NCBI GenBank assembly: GCA_951406725.2
Contig: OX597833.1
Location: forward strand, 54,994,001 to 55,058,000
DNA: 64,000 nt
Direction: 5' to 3'
From: Octopus vulgaris
Taxonomy: Eukaryota
Positions 37,746 through 50,488 of the stretch are shown here, piece by piece. A program made the translations under genes and the position numbers. The notes beneath the pieces were generated by a model that was not told the DNA's origin, made no database searches, and was given only the letters and a program-made list of their open reading frames with translations. Position 1 is the stretch's first letter. The number at the start of each line of letters is the position of its first letter.

Positions 37746-38348
37746 TATAATGGTAAAATCATTTTATTAAATTCTTCGTTATTTTTAAAACTGATTGCAA
37801 TAAAGAAGGTAGTGTATTCCATGAGGAATATGGTAGCATGAGTTAAGGGAGTTACAAAGCTCGAAGAAGATGCCAGCAAGTGTGTGTGGTGTTGTTGTAA
37901 GTTTGTATTGTATGTCGATGTATGCTGTGGTGTGTTGAGAGGTTGCAGAAGTATTAAGACTGGTCCATCTGGTGGTGAAAATCACTTGTGACAGTGCTAT
38001 GTAGAAGCACCTGTGTGGTGTCACATAAAAGTGCCTGTGTGGTATTGTCACTTAAAAGAGCCCGAGCAGTGCCATGTAAAAGCACCCAGTACACTCTGTG
38101 AAGTGACTGGCATTAGAAAGGGCATCCAGCTGTAGAGACCATGCCAGCTCTGGTGGTCAAGCCATCCAGCCCATGCCAGCATGGACAAAAGATATTAGAT
38201 GATGACGACGGCGATGGTGGTGGTGGTGGTGGTAGTGGTGGTAGTGGTGTGTGTTGCTGTAGGTGCATCTGTGAGTCATGGTCAGTTTCTGTGTCTAAAT
38301 GTGTTGCTATAGATGTGTATGTGTGTGTTGTGGTAGGTTTGTATGTTT

Positions 38349-38385
<37 letters not shown>

Positions 38386-38445
38386 TGCATTAAATGTATA
38401 TCTGTATATGTTGTAGTAGGTGTTTACATATCTGTGTTTTACTAG

Positions 38446-38476
<31 letters not shown>

Positions 38477-38854
38477 TGCCTTTGTGTGTTGCAGTATATG
38501 TATGTGTGTGTGTGTGTGTGTGTATGTATGTGCCTTTGCGTGTTGCAGTATATGTGTGTGTGCGTGAGTGTATATCTGTATGTAGGTGTGCAGTAGGTGT
38601 ATATACACCTGTTTTGCATTAAGGAGTGTGCTCATACAAATACACCTGTGTGTGTGTATGTGTGTACACATGTGCATGTGTGCCTTTGTGTATTGCAGTA
38701 GCTTTGTGTACGTACGTATATGTGTGTGTCTGTGCCTTTATGTGTTATGTAGGTTTCTGTGTCTGTTGCAGCGATGTGCTTGAATGTGTTACGTATGCAT
38801 TAAATGTATTAATGTAGGTGTGTGTCTTGTGTTGCATTAAGCCTCTGCATATAT

Positions 38855-39079
38855 ATTTCTTTATTGCCCCCAAGGGGCTAAACATAGAGAGGACAAACAA
38901 AGGGATTAAGTCGATTACATCGACCCCCAGTGCGAAACTGGTACTTTTATTTATCGACACCCTGAAAGGATGAAAGGCAAAGTCGACCTCGGCAGAATTT
39001 GAACTCAGTACGTAACGACAGACGAAATGCCGCTAAGCATTCCGCCTGGTGCGCTAACATGTCTGCCAGCTCGCCACCT
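38855..39079 (-). mobile_element. SINE family B, full length, abutting a SINE A tail
   Basis: Matches the B consensus. Confidence 0.9.
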
Positions 39080-39081
39080 TA

Positions 39082-39245
39082 TACTCTTTACTCTTTTACT
39101 TGTTTCAGTCATTTGACTGCGGCCATGCTGGAGCACCGCCTTTAGTCGATCAAATCGACCCCGGGACTTATTCTTTGTAAGCCCAGTACTTATTCTATCG
39201 GTCTCTTTTGCCGAACCGCTTAGTGACGGGGACGTAAACACACAA

Positions 39246-39276
<31 letters not shown>

Positions 39277-39449
39277 CATATATACGACAGGCTTCTTTCA
39301 GTTTCCATCTACCAAATCCACTCACAAGTCATCGGTCGGCCCGGGGCTATAGCAGAAGACACTTGCCCAAGATGCCACGCAGTGGGACCTGAACCCGCAA
39401 CCATGTGGTTGGTTAGCAAGCTACTTACCACACAGCCACTCCTGCGCCT
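39082..39449 (-). mobile_element. SINE family A, full length
   Basis: Matches the A consensus, with a small internal deletion. Confidence 0.92.
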
Positions 39450-39954
39450 GTATGCATATATGCGTTATAGATGTACTGTCTGTCTGTCTCTCTGTCCCTC
39501 TATATATGTCAGCTGGTGGACAGCAGCGTAGAATGTAATTCTGGTAACCAGAATTTAAAGCCATATCTGTGTGTGTGTATGTGTGTATGTCTTTTATTTT
39601 TTTTATAACTTCCCATTTATGTAAGTTGTCTTGACAGGGGGAAGTAGCATTTAAAAATACATCCCATTGAATCAGTAATTTGAGCTTTAATCACTGCTCT
39701 CTTTTTTTTGTTTTTCCCCTCTTCCTTTGTTACTATCTCTCTCTCCTTCTCTCTCTCTCCTTCTCTCTCTCTCGCTCGCTCTCTTGCTCTCTCTCTCTCG
39801 CTCTCTCTCTGTTTACCTCACTTGCCCTCTCTTTTTTGCCTTTTCTCTTTCGCTATGACAACTACATCAAGTGAAAAGTATAGTTATCACTAAATGATAG
39901 TCACCGTCATTTAACATCATGTCAGGAATCATCTTTGTCATTGCCAGTATCATC

Positions 39955-39986
<32 letters not shown>

Positions 39987-40049
39987 CATCATCAACATCA
40001 TCATCATCATCATCATCATCGCACTTGTCTGCGTATCTTCCTGTTTATA

Positions 40050-40089
<40 letters not shown>

Positions 40090-40140
40090 ACATAGTATTA
40101 CATTCCCTTACTTGCATTCTTATGCATGCCTGTGCACACA

Positions 40141-40181
<41 letters not shown>

Positions 40182-40716
40182 GACACATACTCCTCCATAA
40201 ATAAGTGGAGAGTCACAGCACCTGTTGAACTCTACCCCCCTCCCTCCCCGGAGCCTACCTTATTTGTTGCCTCTATTATTCTGCCACCAACCGAGCATGC
40301 AGGAAGCATCTAATGTGGTTGATTGACCCTCCAGAAACAGCAGCCAAGTCTCCGTCGGATAACTCTTATACTATTTTAAAGGAAGAAAGGATTACATTGG
40401 GTACTGTAGGCTTAGATAGGCCTAAAAATGGCAAGATGGCCATGGCAGAAATGATTTTGATCATAGAGCTACTCATTGATGGTTGACCTGGGGCTAAACA
40501 CCAGTAGGCACACCGGAATGAATTGGACTTTGGAGAAAAATGCAACATGGCCAAACTGTACTTTGTACCAATACATAATGAAATGCCAAAGTATGCAATG
40601 TGGTTATCAAATAGGTGAGGACAGTGTGTCTACCTTATTTCAACAGTGGATCTTATTCTTGTTAGTTAGTCAGGGAAAGAGAATTCAGAATCTTTGGAAG
40701 CTGTCTCAGACTGGGG

Positions 40717-41046
40717 TTAACCCTTTCGTTACTGTATTTATTTTGAGATCCTCTGTGTTTCTTTCAATTGTTTTAAATATAACAAAGAATTTAGTAAAAT
40801 AACTTCGTTATCATTCAGCTAGTGTTGGGAACATAAATTGTGACTAAGGTTTGGTGGAAGATTTTAATTCAAAACTTATGAAAACAAGGAGTGGCTGTGT
40901 GGTAAGTAGCTTGCTAACCAGCCACATGTTTCCGGGTTCAGTCCCACTGTGTGGCATCTTGGGCAAGTGTCTTCTGCTATAGCACCGGGCCGACCAATGC
41001 CTTCTGAGTGGTTTTGGTAGACGGAAACTGAAAGAAGCCTGCCGTA

Positions 41047-41115
<69 letters not shown>

Positions 41116-41375
41116 ATGTGTTTGTGTATATGTGTTTGTCCCCCTAGCATTACTTGACAATCGATGCTGGTGTGTTTACGTCCCCGTCACTTAGCGGTTT
41201 GGCAGAAGAGACTGATAGAATAAGTACTGGGCTTACAAAGAATAAGTCTTGGGGTCGATTAGCTCGACTAAAGGCGGTGCTCCAGCATGGCCGCAGTTAA
41301 ATGACTGAAACAAGTAAAAGAGTTATATTAAAGATCCAGAACCGGTTTCAGCTGGGTTGCTAACGAAAGGGCTAA
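40717..41375. mobile_element. TTAA MITE family E interrupted by SINE A (40887-41322)
   Basis: Ends TTAACCCTTTCGTTAC...TAACGAAAGGGCTAA. The body is the reverse complement of the 55803 and 59787 copies. Confidence 0.8.
40887..41322 (+). mobile_element. SINE family A
   Basis: Matches the A consensus. Confidence 0.92.
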
Positions 41376-41397
41376 TGTAGCTGATGATTCTGTGCAC

Positions 41398-41561
41398 CCA
41401 TGAGATAGAGAGAACAGGAAGCCAGATATTGTGTTAATTGAGAAAGAATGCAAATGATGCTGGATCATAGATACATCATGCCCAGCTGACAACAAGGTAT
41501 ACAATAAGGACGAAAGAAAAGTTGATAGATATGACAGGTTAGTTTGGGAGATTAAGCAGTT
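41398..41561 (+). pseudogene. RLE-endonuclease non-LTR retrotransposon fragment (R4/Dong-like)
   Basis: ENRKPDIVLIEKE..CWIIDTSCPADNKVYNKDERKVDRYDRLVWEIKQ, with a frameshift and a stop. Same family as 45058-45390. Confidence 0.8.
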
Positions 41562-41567
41562 TAGGGT

Positions 41568-41603
<36 letters not shown>

Positions 41604-41862
41604 GTTATTGTCATTGTTTTTGTTGTTGCTTTAATGTCCGTGTTTTACATCCTTGCATGAGTTGGACAGAGTTTATTGAGGAAAATTTTGCATTTAGGGT
41701 TCAATGGCAAACATGTACACCATGAATACATTTGATGAGAGCTGTCCAAAACTGCTCACCACCATCACCAACACCAGCATTCTCTTCCTCGTAGTTGCTA
41801 TGGCATCCTTAACAAAGTAAAAAGTACTGGGGTGGACATTTTTAACAAAAAAATAAGTAAAT

Positions 41863-42034
41863 AGGTGCAGGAGTGGCTGTGTGGTAAGTAGCTTGCTAAC
41901 CAACCACATGGTTCTGGGTTCAGTCCCGTTGCGTGGCATCTTGGGCAAGTGTCTTCTGCTATAGCCCCGGGCCGACCAATGCCTTGTGGGTGGATTTGGT
42001 AGACGGAAACTGAAAGAAGCCTGTCGTATATATG

Positions 42035-42069
<35 letters not shown>

Positions 42070-42281
42070 CTGTGTTTGTCCCCCTAGCATTGCTTGACAA
42101 CCGATGCTGGTGTGTTTACGTCCCCGTCACTTAGCGGTTCGGCCAAAGAGACCGATAAAATAAGTACTGGGCTTACAAAGAATAAGTCCCGGGGTCGATT
42201 TGCTTGACTAAAGGCGGTGCTCCAGCATGGCCGCAGTCAAATGACTGAAACAAGTAAAAGAGTAAATGAGAGTAAAAGAGT
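41863..42281 (+). mobile_element. SINE family A, full length
   Basis: Matches the A consensus and is followed by an older A tail to ~42365. Confidence 0.92.
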
Positions 42282-42677
42282 AAGTACTGGGGTTGGTTCA
42301 TTTGACTAAAATATCTTTAAGGCGGTGCTCCAGAATGGCTACCATCTAATGACTGAAACAAATAAAGGCTAATAGACACTATTATCTTTAACTACATGCT
42401 TCTTGTGAAGAACATCATCATCATCATCATCATCATCATGTTTTACATTTGCTTTTCCACGCTGGCATGGGTTGGACGGGACATTCCTAGGTAGTGTTTC
42501 ACAGTCAGATGTTCTTGACGTTTTGACCCTTTTAGCCACCTCTTAAGGTACACAAGGATGCAGTGTACTCTATTCTAAAAATCAGGATACACACAATTCA
42601 TTCATACCCTTCATTCTACACACACACAACCAACCAAATCCATTCATTCACCTGATGTCCCTCCAGTCTCCCCCTTG

Positions 42678-42852
42678 CACTCTCTCTCTCTCTCACACTC
42701 TCTCTCTCTCTCACACTCTCTCTCTCTCTCTCACACTCTCTCTCTCTCTCACACTCTCTCTCTCTCACACACTCTCTCTCTCTCACACTCTCTCTCTCTC
42801 TCACACTCTCTCTCTCTCTCACACTCTCTCTCTCTCATACTCTCTCTCTCTC

Positions 42853-42888
<36 letters not shown>

Positions 42889-42965
42889 TCTCTCTCTCTC
42901 TCACACTCTCTCTCTCTCTCACACTCTCTCTCTCTCTCACACTCTCTCTCTCTCTCACACTCTCA
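42678..42965. repeat. (CT)nCACA minisatellite, period ~16-20 bp
   Basis: Seen directly in the sequence. Confidence 0.95.
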
Positions 42966-43228
42966 CCCTCTCTACCTCCCTTCCTCTCTCTTTCTTAAGG
43001 TATATTCTTTATTTCTGATACCGATTTCTTCTCTTGTTCCCAATGCCCCCTCTCTCACACACACTGAACCAACTCTCATTTTCTTTTCTTTCTCGTGCAG
43101 TGACACACAGACACACTTCTATAAGTGCATACATACCCGCTGTCACCCTCCCCCCCTCTCTCCTTGACAAATATTTTCTTAAATTCAATTTTTCTCACTT
43201 TCTTATAATGTTTTCTTATTCACAGTGC

Positions 43229-43803
43229 TATATATGTATGTGTGTGTATATGTATGTATGTATACATGTATGTATGTATGTACGTATGTGTACATATATG
43301 GATATATATATATATATGTATGTATGTGTACATATATGGATATATATATATATGTATGTATGTATGTGTACATATATGGATATATATATATATGTATGTA
43401 TGTATGTGTACATATATGTATATATATGTATGTATGTATATGTACATATATGTATATATATATATATATGTACGTATGTGTACATATATGTATATATATG
43501 TATGTATGTATGTGTACATATATGTATATATATGTGTGTGTATATATATGTGTATATGTATGTATATATATATATATATATATGTGTGTGTATATATATG
43601 TGTGTGAGTATATATGTATGTGTATATGTGTATATATATGAATATATATGTATGTGTGTGTATATGTACATATATGAATATATGTGTGTGTGTGTATCTA
43701 TGTGTGTATGCATATATATGTATGTGTGTGTATGCATATATATGTATTTGTGTGTATGTATATATATGTGTGTGTGTGTATATATATATGTATGTGTGTG
43801 TAT
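43229..43803. repeat. Compound (TA)/(TG)/(TATG) satellite
   Basis: Seen directly in the sequence. Confidence 0.95.
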
Positions 43804-44118
43804 AGAAAAATTTTTGACATGACATCCATACAACCAAACATATACAAACACACACACACACACTTCCCCCCTATTTCTCCCATAAATACACCACAATCAC
43901 CATCATGCACATACGCACATTCCCACATTCCGTTCGGCTTTAAATACGCACACACGTTTTCCAATTTTCCCCCCTTCCCCCATATCCCTTTCTCCCCCTC
44001 TCCGTTTTCCCCCCCTGTGCTTTTTCCCACATATATTTACATACATAAAGTTCTTCCTGAAGGAGGAACACTGCTCCGCTCTTCTTCTTCTTCTTCTTCC
44101 CCCACCTCTGTTTTACAG

Positions 44119-44164
44119 GACCGAGTTGCTCATGAAAGATGCATTAAATGTAATTATGGAATTG
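44119..44164 (+). CDS. Candidate 46-nt exon (TELLMKDALNVIMEL or DRVAHERCIKCNYGI), gene unknown
   Basis: Pyrimidine tract ending CTCTGTTTTACAG and donor TTG|GTGAGA. Two frames are open. Confidence 0.2.
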
Positions 44165-44444
44165 GTGAGATAGATTACACACAGCAACGGTACTCTGTCA
44201 ACTAAAGAAATCGACTTAAAACAACAATAGAGACAGGAGAGAGAGAGAGAGACCGGTAGCAGCGGCGGGGTGGGTGTTGAAGAACGGCGGGGGGGGGGGG
44301 GCAGCAGGGTGGAGTGGGTGGGGTTGCGAAACTACAGAGGTGAGGTTTTAGTCGCTTAAGTATGTGGCATTGTGTACCAGTCATAATAAATTATTTAACA
44401 AAATATTGTTGACAGGTTAAAATAAAACTTCAAATCCTGTCCCT

Positions 44445-44573
44445 CCACCACCACCACCATAGATCTACAACGGCGGCGTATTAACCAAATCATCTTAGAA
44501 TTACTACTAGTACTACAACCACCACCACCACCACCACAGATTTACAAAGGTGTATTAACCAAATCATCTTAGA

Positions 44574-44608
<35 letters not shown>

Positions 44609-44677
44609 CACTACCACAACCACCACCACTACCACCACCACAGATTTACAAAGGTGTATTAACCAAATCATCTTAGA

Positions 44678-44721
<44 letters not shown>

Positions 44722-44892
44722 CACCACTACCACAACCACCACCACCACCACCACCACCACAGATTTACAAAGGTGTATTAACCAAATCATCTTAGAACTA
44801 CTACTACTACTACTACCACCACCACCACCACAACAACCACCACCACCACCACTACCGCTACCACCATCACCACTACTACTACTACTACTACT
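44445..44892. repeat. Minisatellite: four copies of a ~37-bp core separated by variable (CTA)n(CCA)n
   Basis: AGATTTACAAAGGTGTATTAACCAAATCATCTTAGAA at about 44461 (variant), 44538, 44642 and 44761. Confidence 0.93.
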
Positions 44893-45057
44893 TTTATTAT
44901 TATTTTTATTTGTGTTGGCCAGCAGTTTCACGTTATTATTCTCAAAATAGACTGAGATGTTATAAGGTTGGGGCTATTTATTATTATCATTGTTGTTATT
45001 AAGGCAGTGAGCTGGCAGAATCGTTAGTACACCAGGTAGAATTGCTACCTGTGAACT

Positions 45058-45390
45058 AAAGTAACACCCCTTATTTTTCAAGCACCATCCAGAGTATTCG
45101 AGTGTTTTCTGCAAGTGCTCCACCCTTACTGCAGCCCCAATTTGTTCCACGTACTTCTTGAGATTTTTGCTCACTGTTCCCAGGACTCCGACAATTATTG
45201 GTACTACTGCTACCTTTTTCATCGACCACAACTGCTTAACTTCCTAAGCTAACCTGTCATATCTATCGAGTATTCTTTCTTCCTTATTGCATACCTTGTT
45301 GTCAGCTGGGCATGCTATATCTATGATCCAGCATCGTTTCCATTCTTTCTCAATTAACACAATATCTGGCTTCCTATTCTCTATCTCATG
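45058..45390 (-). pseudogene. RLE-endonuclease non-LTR retrotransposon 3' fragment (R4/Dong-like), nested in a SINE B'
   Basis: HEIENRKPDIVLIEKEWKRCWIIDIACPADNKV..KE..DRYDRLA*EVKQLWSMKKVAVVPIIVGVLG..EHLQKT is a PD-(D/E)xK-type endonuclease C-terminus. Confidence 0.85.
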
Positions 45391-46669
45391 GCCATGGTTG
45401 ACTTGGCCTTTCATCCTTTTGGGGTTGATAAATTAAGTACCAGTGGAGTACTGGGGTTGATATAATCAACATAACCCTTCACCTAAAGTTTCAGGCCTTG
45501 TGTCTATAATAGAAAGCACTATTAATTATTATTATTATTATTATTATTATTATAATTATTAAAGGCGTTGAGCTGGTAGAATCGTTAGCATGCCAAATGA
45601 AATGCTTAGCGGCACTTTGCCAGTTGCTGTGTTCTGAGTTCTAATTCCACGGAAGTCGACATTGCCGTTTATCCTTTCAGGGTTGATAAATTAAGTACCA
45701 GTGAAACACTGGGGGTCAATGTTGTTGTTGTTGTGTGTGTGTGAGGGAAGGAAGGAATTAAATGCATGCATAGAGGAAAATACACACACACACACACACA
45801 CACACATAGTTCTTGTATGTGTGTTTGCATGTGCTTATGTTTTGTAAACCTGTGTACTCATGTCATTGTGCATGGATATGGATATGGTCAAGCTTTTGAG
45901 CAAATCATTTTTCAGATCGGCTGACCGTATCACCACTTTTTTGTACTCTTCTGTTTCAGCCGTTCCCCTTCATTAATTATAATAAATCTTTGAAATGGTG
46001 AAATGACAGAAATGCTAAAACACACTTACAGTATTTAGTTTCAACCCTCATCTGTGTTAATTTTCCTTTTATTCTCTTCTAATTAAACAGGAAGCATCAG
46101 TTATAGACTAAGGTTCTTTTCAGCAGATCATACTCCCTCCCTGACACTTCTTACAAATTAATAACTTTTGCTAATGTAATAGCTCATTAATTAAATAATT
46201 TGAATCATACCACATTCTTTTAGAAAGGGATCTAACTTAAATGCTTGAGATTTTCGAATATTTTAAGCCTGTAGTGTAGTAGTTGACTTGCTGAGGGAGT
46301 TTAGGTTTCATATACAAATCATGTTTGTAGCTTTTTCTTTTTTGAAGTCTATCTCTATACAGTTTCTATAGAATTCAGAGCCAGCACTGTAACTTATAAC
46401 ATTTTGTATTTGAATAAGTCTATGTAAACAATGCAAGTGAAAATAGAAAAAAAACAGTTAATGAGTGTATATGCATATTTCAAGAGTTATTGCTGTTTCA
46501 TCAGGACTACATCCAACCTATCTTTTTCTCAATCACTCCACTTGAAGTAGTGGTGTTTTTTTTTTGTGTGTGTGTGTATTCTGGCTCTTTATGTTCTGAG
46601 TTTAAATCCTTCTGAGGAGGTTAATGATGTTAGGCCCTTATTTAATTGCATTTAGGATCTCGTTTCATG

Positions 46670-46893
46670 TTACATCCTTTTGCCATATCTAACTCCAAAT
46701 ATTCTGTCTGTTTTGTTTAAACCAGCGAGATCTGGTTGCTCACACCATCACTCTACAATGCCATTCTAAAAATAAACAGAAACATCATTGAAATCTTGAA
46801 GCTCCAAGCTCAGTGCATGATTAATTCAAAACAATGTGAATAGATAAGCATTAGATTCGATGTAGTAATCTGAATGCTATGCTAAGGGGTTAA
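46670..46893. mobile_element. TTAA MITE family F, degenerate
   Basis: CTACAATGCCATTCTAAAA...GCATGATTAATTCAAAACAATG...AAGGGGTTAA. Confidence 0.65.
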
Positions 46894-46958
46894 TACTGGA
46901 ACATAAAGAAGACGTTGCAAGTGAGAGGTGTTGCCAACCAACCAGTGGTGTATTTTCT

Positions 46959-47174
46959 TATTTCTTTATTGCCCACAAGGGGCTAAACATAGAGGGGACA
47001 AACAAGGACAGACAAACGGATTAAGTCAATTACATCAACACCAGTGCGTAACTGGTACTTATTTAATCGACCCCAAAAGGATGAAAGCCTAAGTCGACCT
47101 CAGCGAAATTTGAACTCAGAACATAAAGACAGATGAAATACCGCTAAGCATTTCGCCCGGTGTGCTAACGTTTC
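46959..47174 (-). mobile_element. SINE family B, 5' end clipped
   Basis: Matches the B consensus. Confidence 0.88.
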
Positions 47175-47224
47175 TTTCTGAGTTGAGTAAGTATTGTATG
47201 GCTGATTCGCGTTGATGTTATAAA

Positions 47225-47625
47225 GCCTCAGGAGACTTTTGAGAATATCATACAAAAAGATCATGTTACAAAAGAAGAAGTGAAAAGAAGAATAAGGCAG
47301 GCAACAGGGCCCTAGGAGGAACTTCTTACCATAGTAAAGAAATGCAAGCTCAGGTGGTTTGGGTATATTACCCTCTCATCAGGGATGGCCAAAACAATCC
47401 TTCAGGGAACAGTCAAAGGTGGCAGACAGAAAGAAGTGGGGAAAAACAACATCTGTAAATGGACAGGCCTAAAGATGAGAGACAGTGTGAGAGGCAGAAG
47501 ACAGATACGGGTGGAGGGATCTGGTCAGCAGGTCATCGGTGGTGCCTCATCAGTTAGACAGAGAAGAGTGGAGGGATCTGGTCAGAAGGTCATCGGTGGT
47601 GCCCCAACAGTCAACCAGACTATGG
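47225..47625 (+). pseudogene. RTE-clade LINE ORF C-terminal fragment
   Basis: LRRLLRISYK-DHVTKEEVKRRI...KLRWFGYITLSSGMAKTILQGTVKGGR...NICKWTGL, with a stop and frameshifts. A ~40-bp stretch at the 3' end is duplicated. Confidence 0.87.
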
Positions 47626-48337
47626 GATATATGATATAATCTAATGTATAGCTGATGTTTTTATTAGTCTGTAACACTGAGTTCAAAACCCCCAGTTGTA
47701 TTGCAACAGATGGATCCCCACCTGGTTAACTTGCTCTGTACATAATTGTGCTCCAATGACATAGAGGTTTATGAGGTTCACCACCTTCCCTACTTCCACC
47801 CGCATCAGTAATCATAATAGCTTTTGATAACATATACTAGTTGGAATAAACATATAATATTTCAAACTAAAGGGATTGTGCGCTGGCAGAATTGAGCATA
47901 TGTCTGATTAAATAAATACCATTTCGCTGCTAAACATATGAAATTCAATTCCTTCTAGGATAAAATATATATCAGATACTTTGCGGTGGTTTATTCAATT
48001 GACTGTTCATTCTTCTCAACAAAATTTCTCCTTGTCCAAAGTTAAAGGAAATCTGTGTTTAAGAAGAAATAAAATACAAATGTCTATTTTCTTTCTGCCA
48101 AGCAAATTCATTTAAACATAGAACCGTGTGTTTTAGTCTTCTGTGGCTTTGTTTAATCTGTTTATATAGAATTTATCAAATTTCTTAGCAATTTTCCAGA
48201 GTTCAGTCCTTCCAGTGACCACATTTCTTAATGAAGTACGCTTCCTGTATATTTCAGTTAATTTGGAAAATAATCAAGAATTTGGTGGGATTAGTGAAGT
48301 AAGTTTGTTGAATATTGAGCTAATCTTTAGAACATAT

Positions 48338-48560
48338 TTAACCCTTCAGTATTCAGATTACCCTGGCAAATGTAATTTTATTCACATTGTTTTGAATTAA
48401 TTATGCATTGTCTTGTAGCTTCGAGATTTTGACGATGTCATTGTTTATATTTTGAATGACATTGTAGGGTAAGTGTGAGAGGTCAGACATGGCCATTTTA
48501 AACATAGAACTGGTAGACTATTTTGGCTAAGTATGACCAGTTTAAATGCTAAAGGATTAG
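48338..48560. mobile_element. TTAA MITE family F
   Basis: TTAACCCTTCAGTATTCAGATT...TTTAAATGCTAAAGGATTA. Confidence 0.75.
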
Positions 48561-49285
48561 TGGTGGTGCGAGAGGTGGATTGAGATCTAAGAAACTAATA
48601 AACTAACTCTCGGTCAAAATACAAATTAGGACCTTTTTGTTTAACCCTTTCGTTACCATTTTCTTTCGAAATACACAGCGTTTGTTTCGATTAATTTTCA
48701 AATTCACAAGCAATTTAATAAAATAACCCTAATATTATTAAGCAGGATTAGTCCTTTTGATAGGCGCAGGAGTGGCTGTGTGGTAAGTAGCTTGCTAACC
48801 AACCACATGGTTCTGGGTTCAGTCCCACTGCGTGGCATCTTGGGCAAGTGTCTTCTGCTATAGCCCCGGGCCGACCAATGCCATGTGAGTGGACTTGGTA
48901 GACGGAAACTGAAAGAAACCTGTCGTATATATGTGTATGTGTGTGTGTTTGTCCCCCTAGCATTGCTTGACAACCGATGCTGGTGTGTTTACGTCCCCGT
49001 CATTTAGCGGTTCAGCAAAAGAGACTGATAGAATAAGTACTAGGCTTACAAGGAATAAGTCCTGGGGTCGATTTGCTCGACTAAAGGTGGTGCTCCAGCA
49101 TGGCCACAGTCAAATGACTGAAACAAGTAAAAGAGTAATTTGAAAACTAATTGAAACAAACGCTGTGTATTTCGAAAGAAAATGGTAACAAAAGGGTTAA
49201 ACAAAAAAGGTCCTAATTTGTATTTTGACCGAGAGTTAGTTTATTAGTTTCTTAGATCTCAATCCACTTCTCACACCACCACTAA
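48557..49285. repeat. ~148-bp near-perfect inverted duplication enclosing a SINE A
   Basis: 48557-48704 is the reverse complement of 49137-49285 with about 6 differences. Confidence 0.92.
48762..49136 (+). mobile_element. SINE family A, full length
   Basis: Matches the A consensus. Confidence 0.92.
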
Positions 49286-50488
49286 ACGAGAGGCTCACTC
49301 ACTCTCTCCAGAAGGAGCCTTTTTTTATAAGATCTTCATTAATTTGTATCTTTAATCCCTTATGGTTAACAGTTTGATGTGTATTGATAATGGTCCACTT
49401 CGCCTGGTATTACTTTTCGAGGTTAATGTTAGCCTTAAAGCCTCTTAATCTCTCAAATTTTCTTTGAGCTATCAACGTTCATCTCATCCATACCAAGAAG
49501 CCATGTTTTTTTCTGTTACTATTTTTACAGCCAAGTAGTAGTAGTAAACACACGTAACAACTATTTTCTTATTAGTTTCCATTTATTGCATCAAACTTCC
49601 CCAAAATTTCAATGAGGGATTCACCAAATTATTTTGCTTGAAAGATCGAAGGTTTTTATACTTTTGGTTTATTCAAATCCATTCAGAAATTCTCAGTTAT
49701 TAACAGTTATCTGACTGCTAGTATCAACTGACATTTTAATGGTTTAAACGTTGCTGAATTTCGCGTTGATTGATCACTTTAGTAGTTTTAAGACCAATTT
49801 CTTTAAAACACTTCCAAAGTCTTCATTTCCTATTCCTTCAATTGCCCCAATATATTTTTTTATTTTCTTTCTTGTATATTTACATATTGCCTTGAATTGA
49901 TTGCTTTCCCCACATTTAATAAACATTGTTACTAAATGCCGGATATTTTGTGGGCTCATGTTTATATCCACAAATCAGCATTTAGAACCAGATTTATGCT
50001 TAATCCTTTGAGCATGTGACAGGGATTACATCAAGAACACATCCACACACACACACTCTCTCTCTCTCTCACACACACATAATTATCTGGATTTTAGACA
50101 TTATAGAATGAATAATTTGATGTATGCATTAAGCTCCCGATCGTCTGATTGAAGATATTCTAATGCATTTATACTGTGTGTGAGTCTCGTCAGGATCTTG
50201 TCATCTTCTGCACTCTGTTGTCCTTAGGTTCCAGTTTTTCAAATTCATAAAAACCATCTGATATGCATAAGACTTTGATCCTTTCAGTAATTGCTAATTC
50301 TTTTTGATGACATCACAGGTCTTATAATGCTAAAATGTATCTCATCAATTTCCAGCTTAGTAAACTTCTCGCATGGCCATCATACATACTTTAGATCAGT
50401 GGTTCTTGACCATTTTTTTGCCGAAGGACCCTTTGGGTTTCTGTCTTGCTTTCCTCAACTCTCATAGCCATTTAATGTATATATATAT

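Noticed and set aside
44445-44892. CRISPR-like array of a 37-bp repeat with spacers
   Set aside because: Spacers are trinucleotide microsatellites, there are no cas genes, and the context is eukaryotic.
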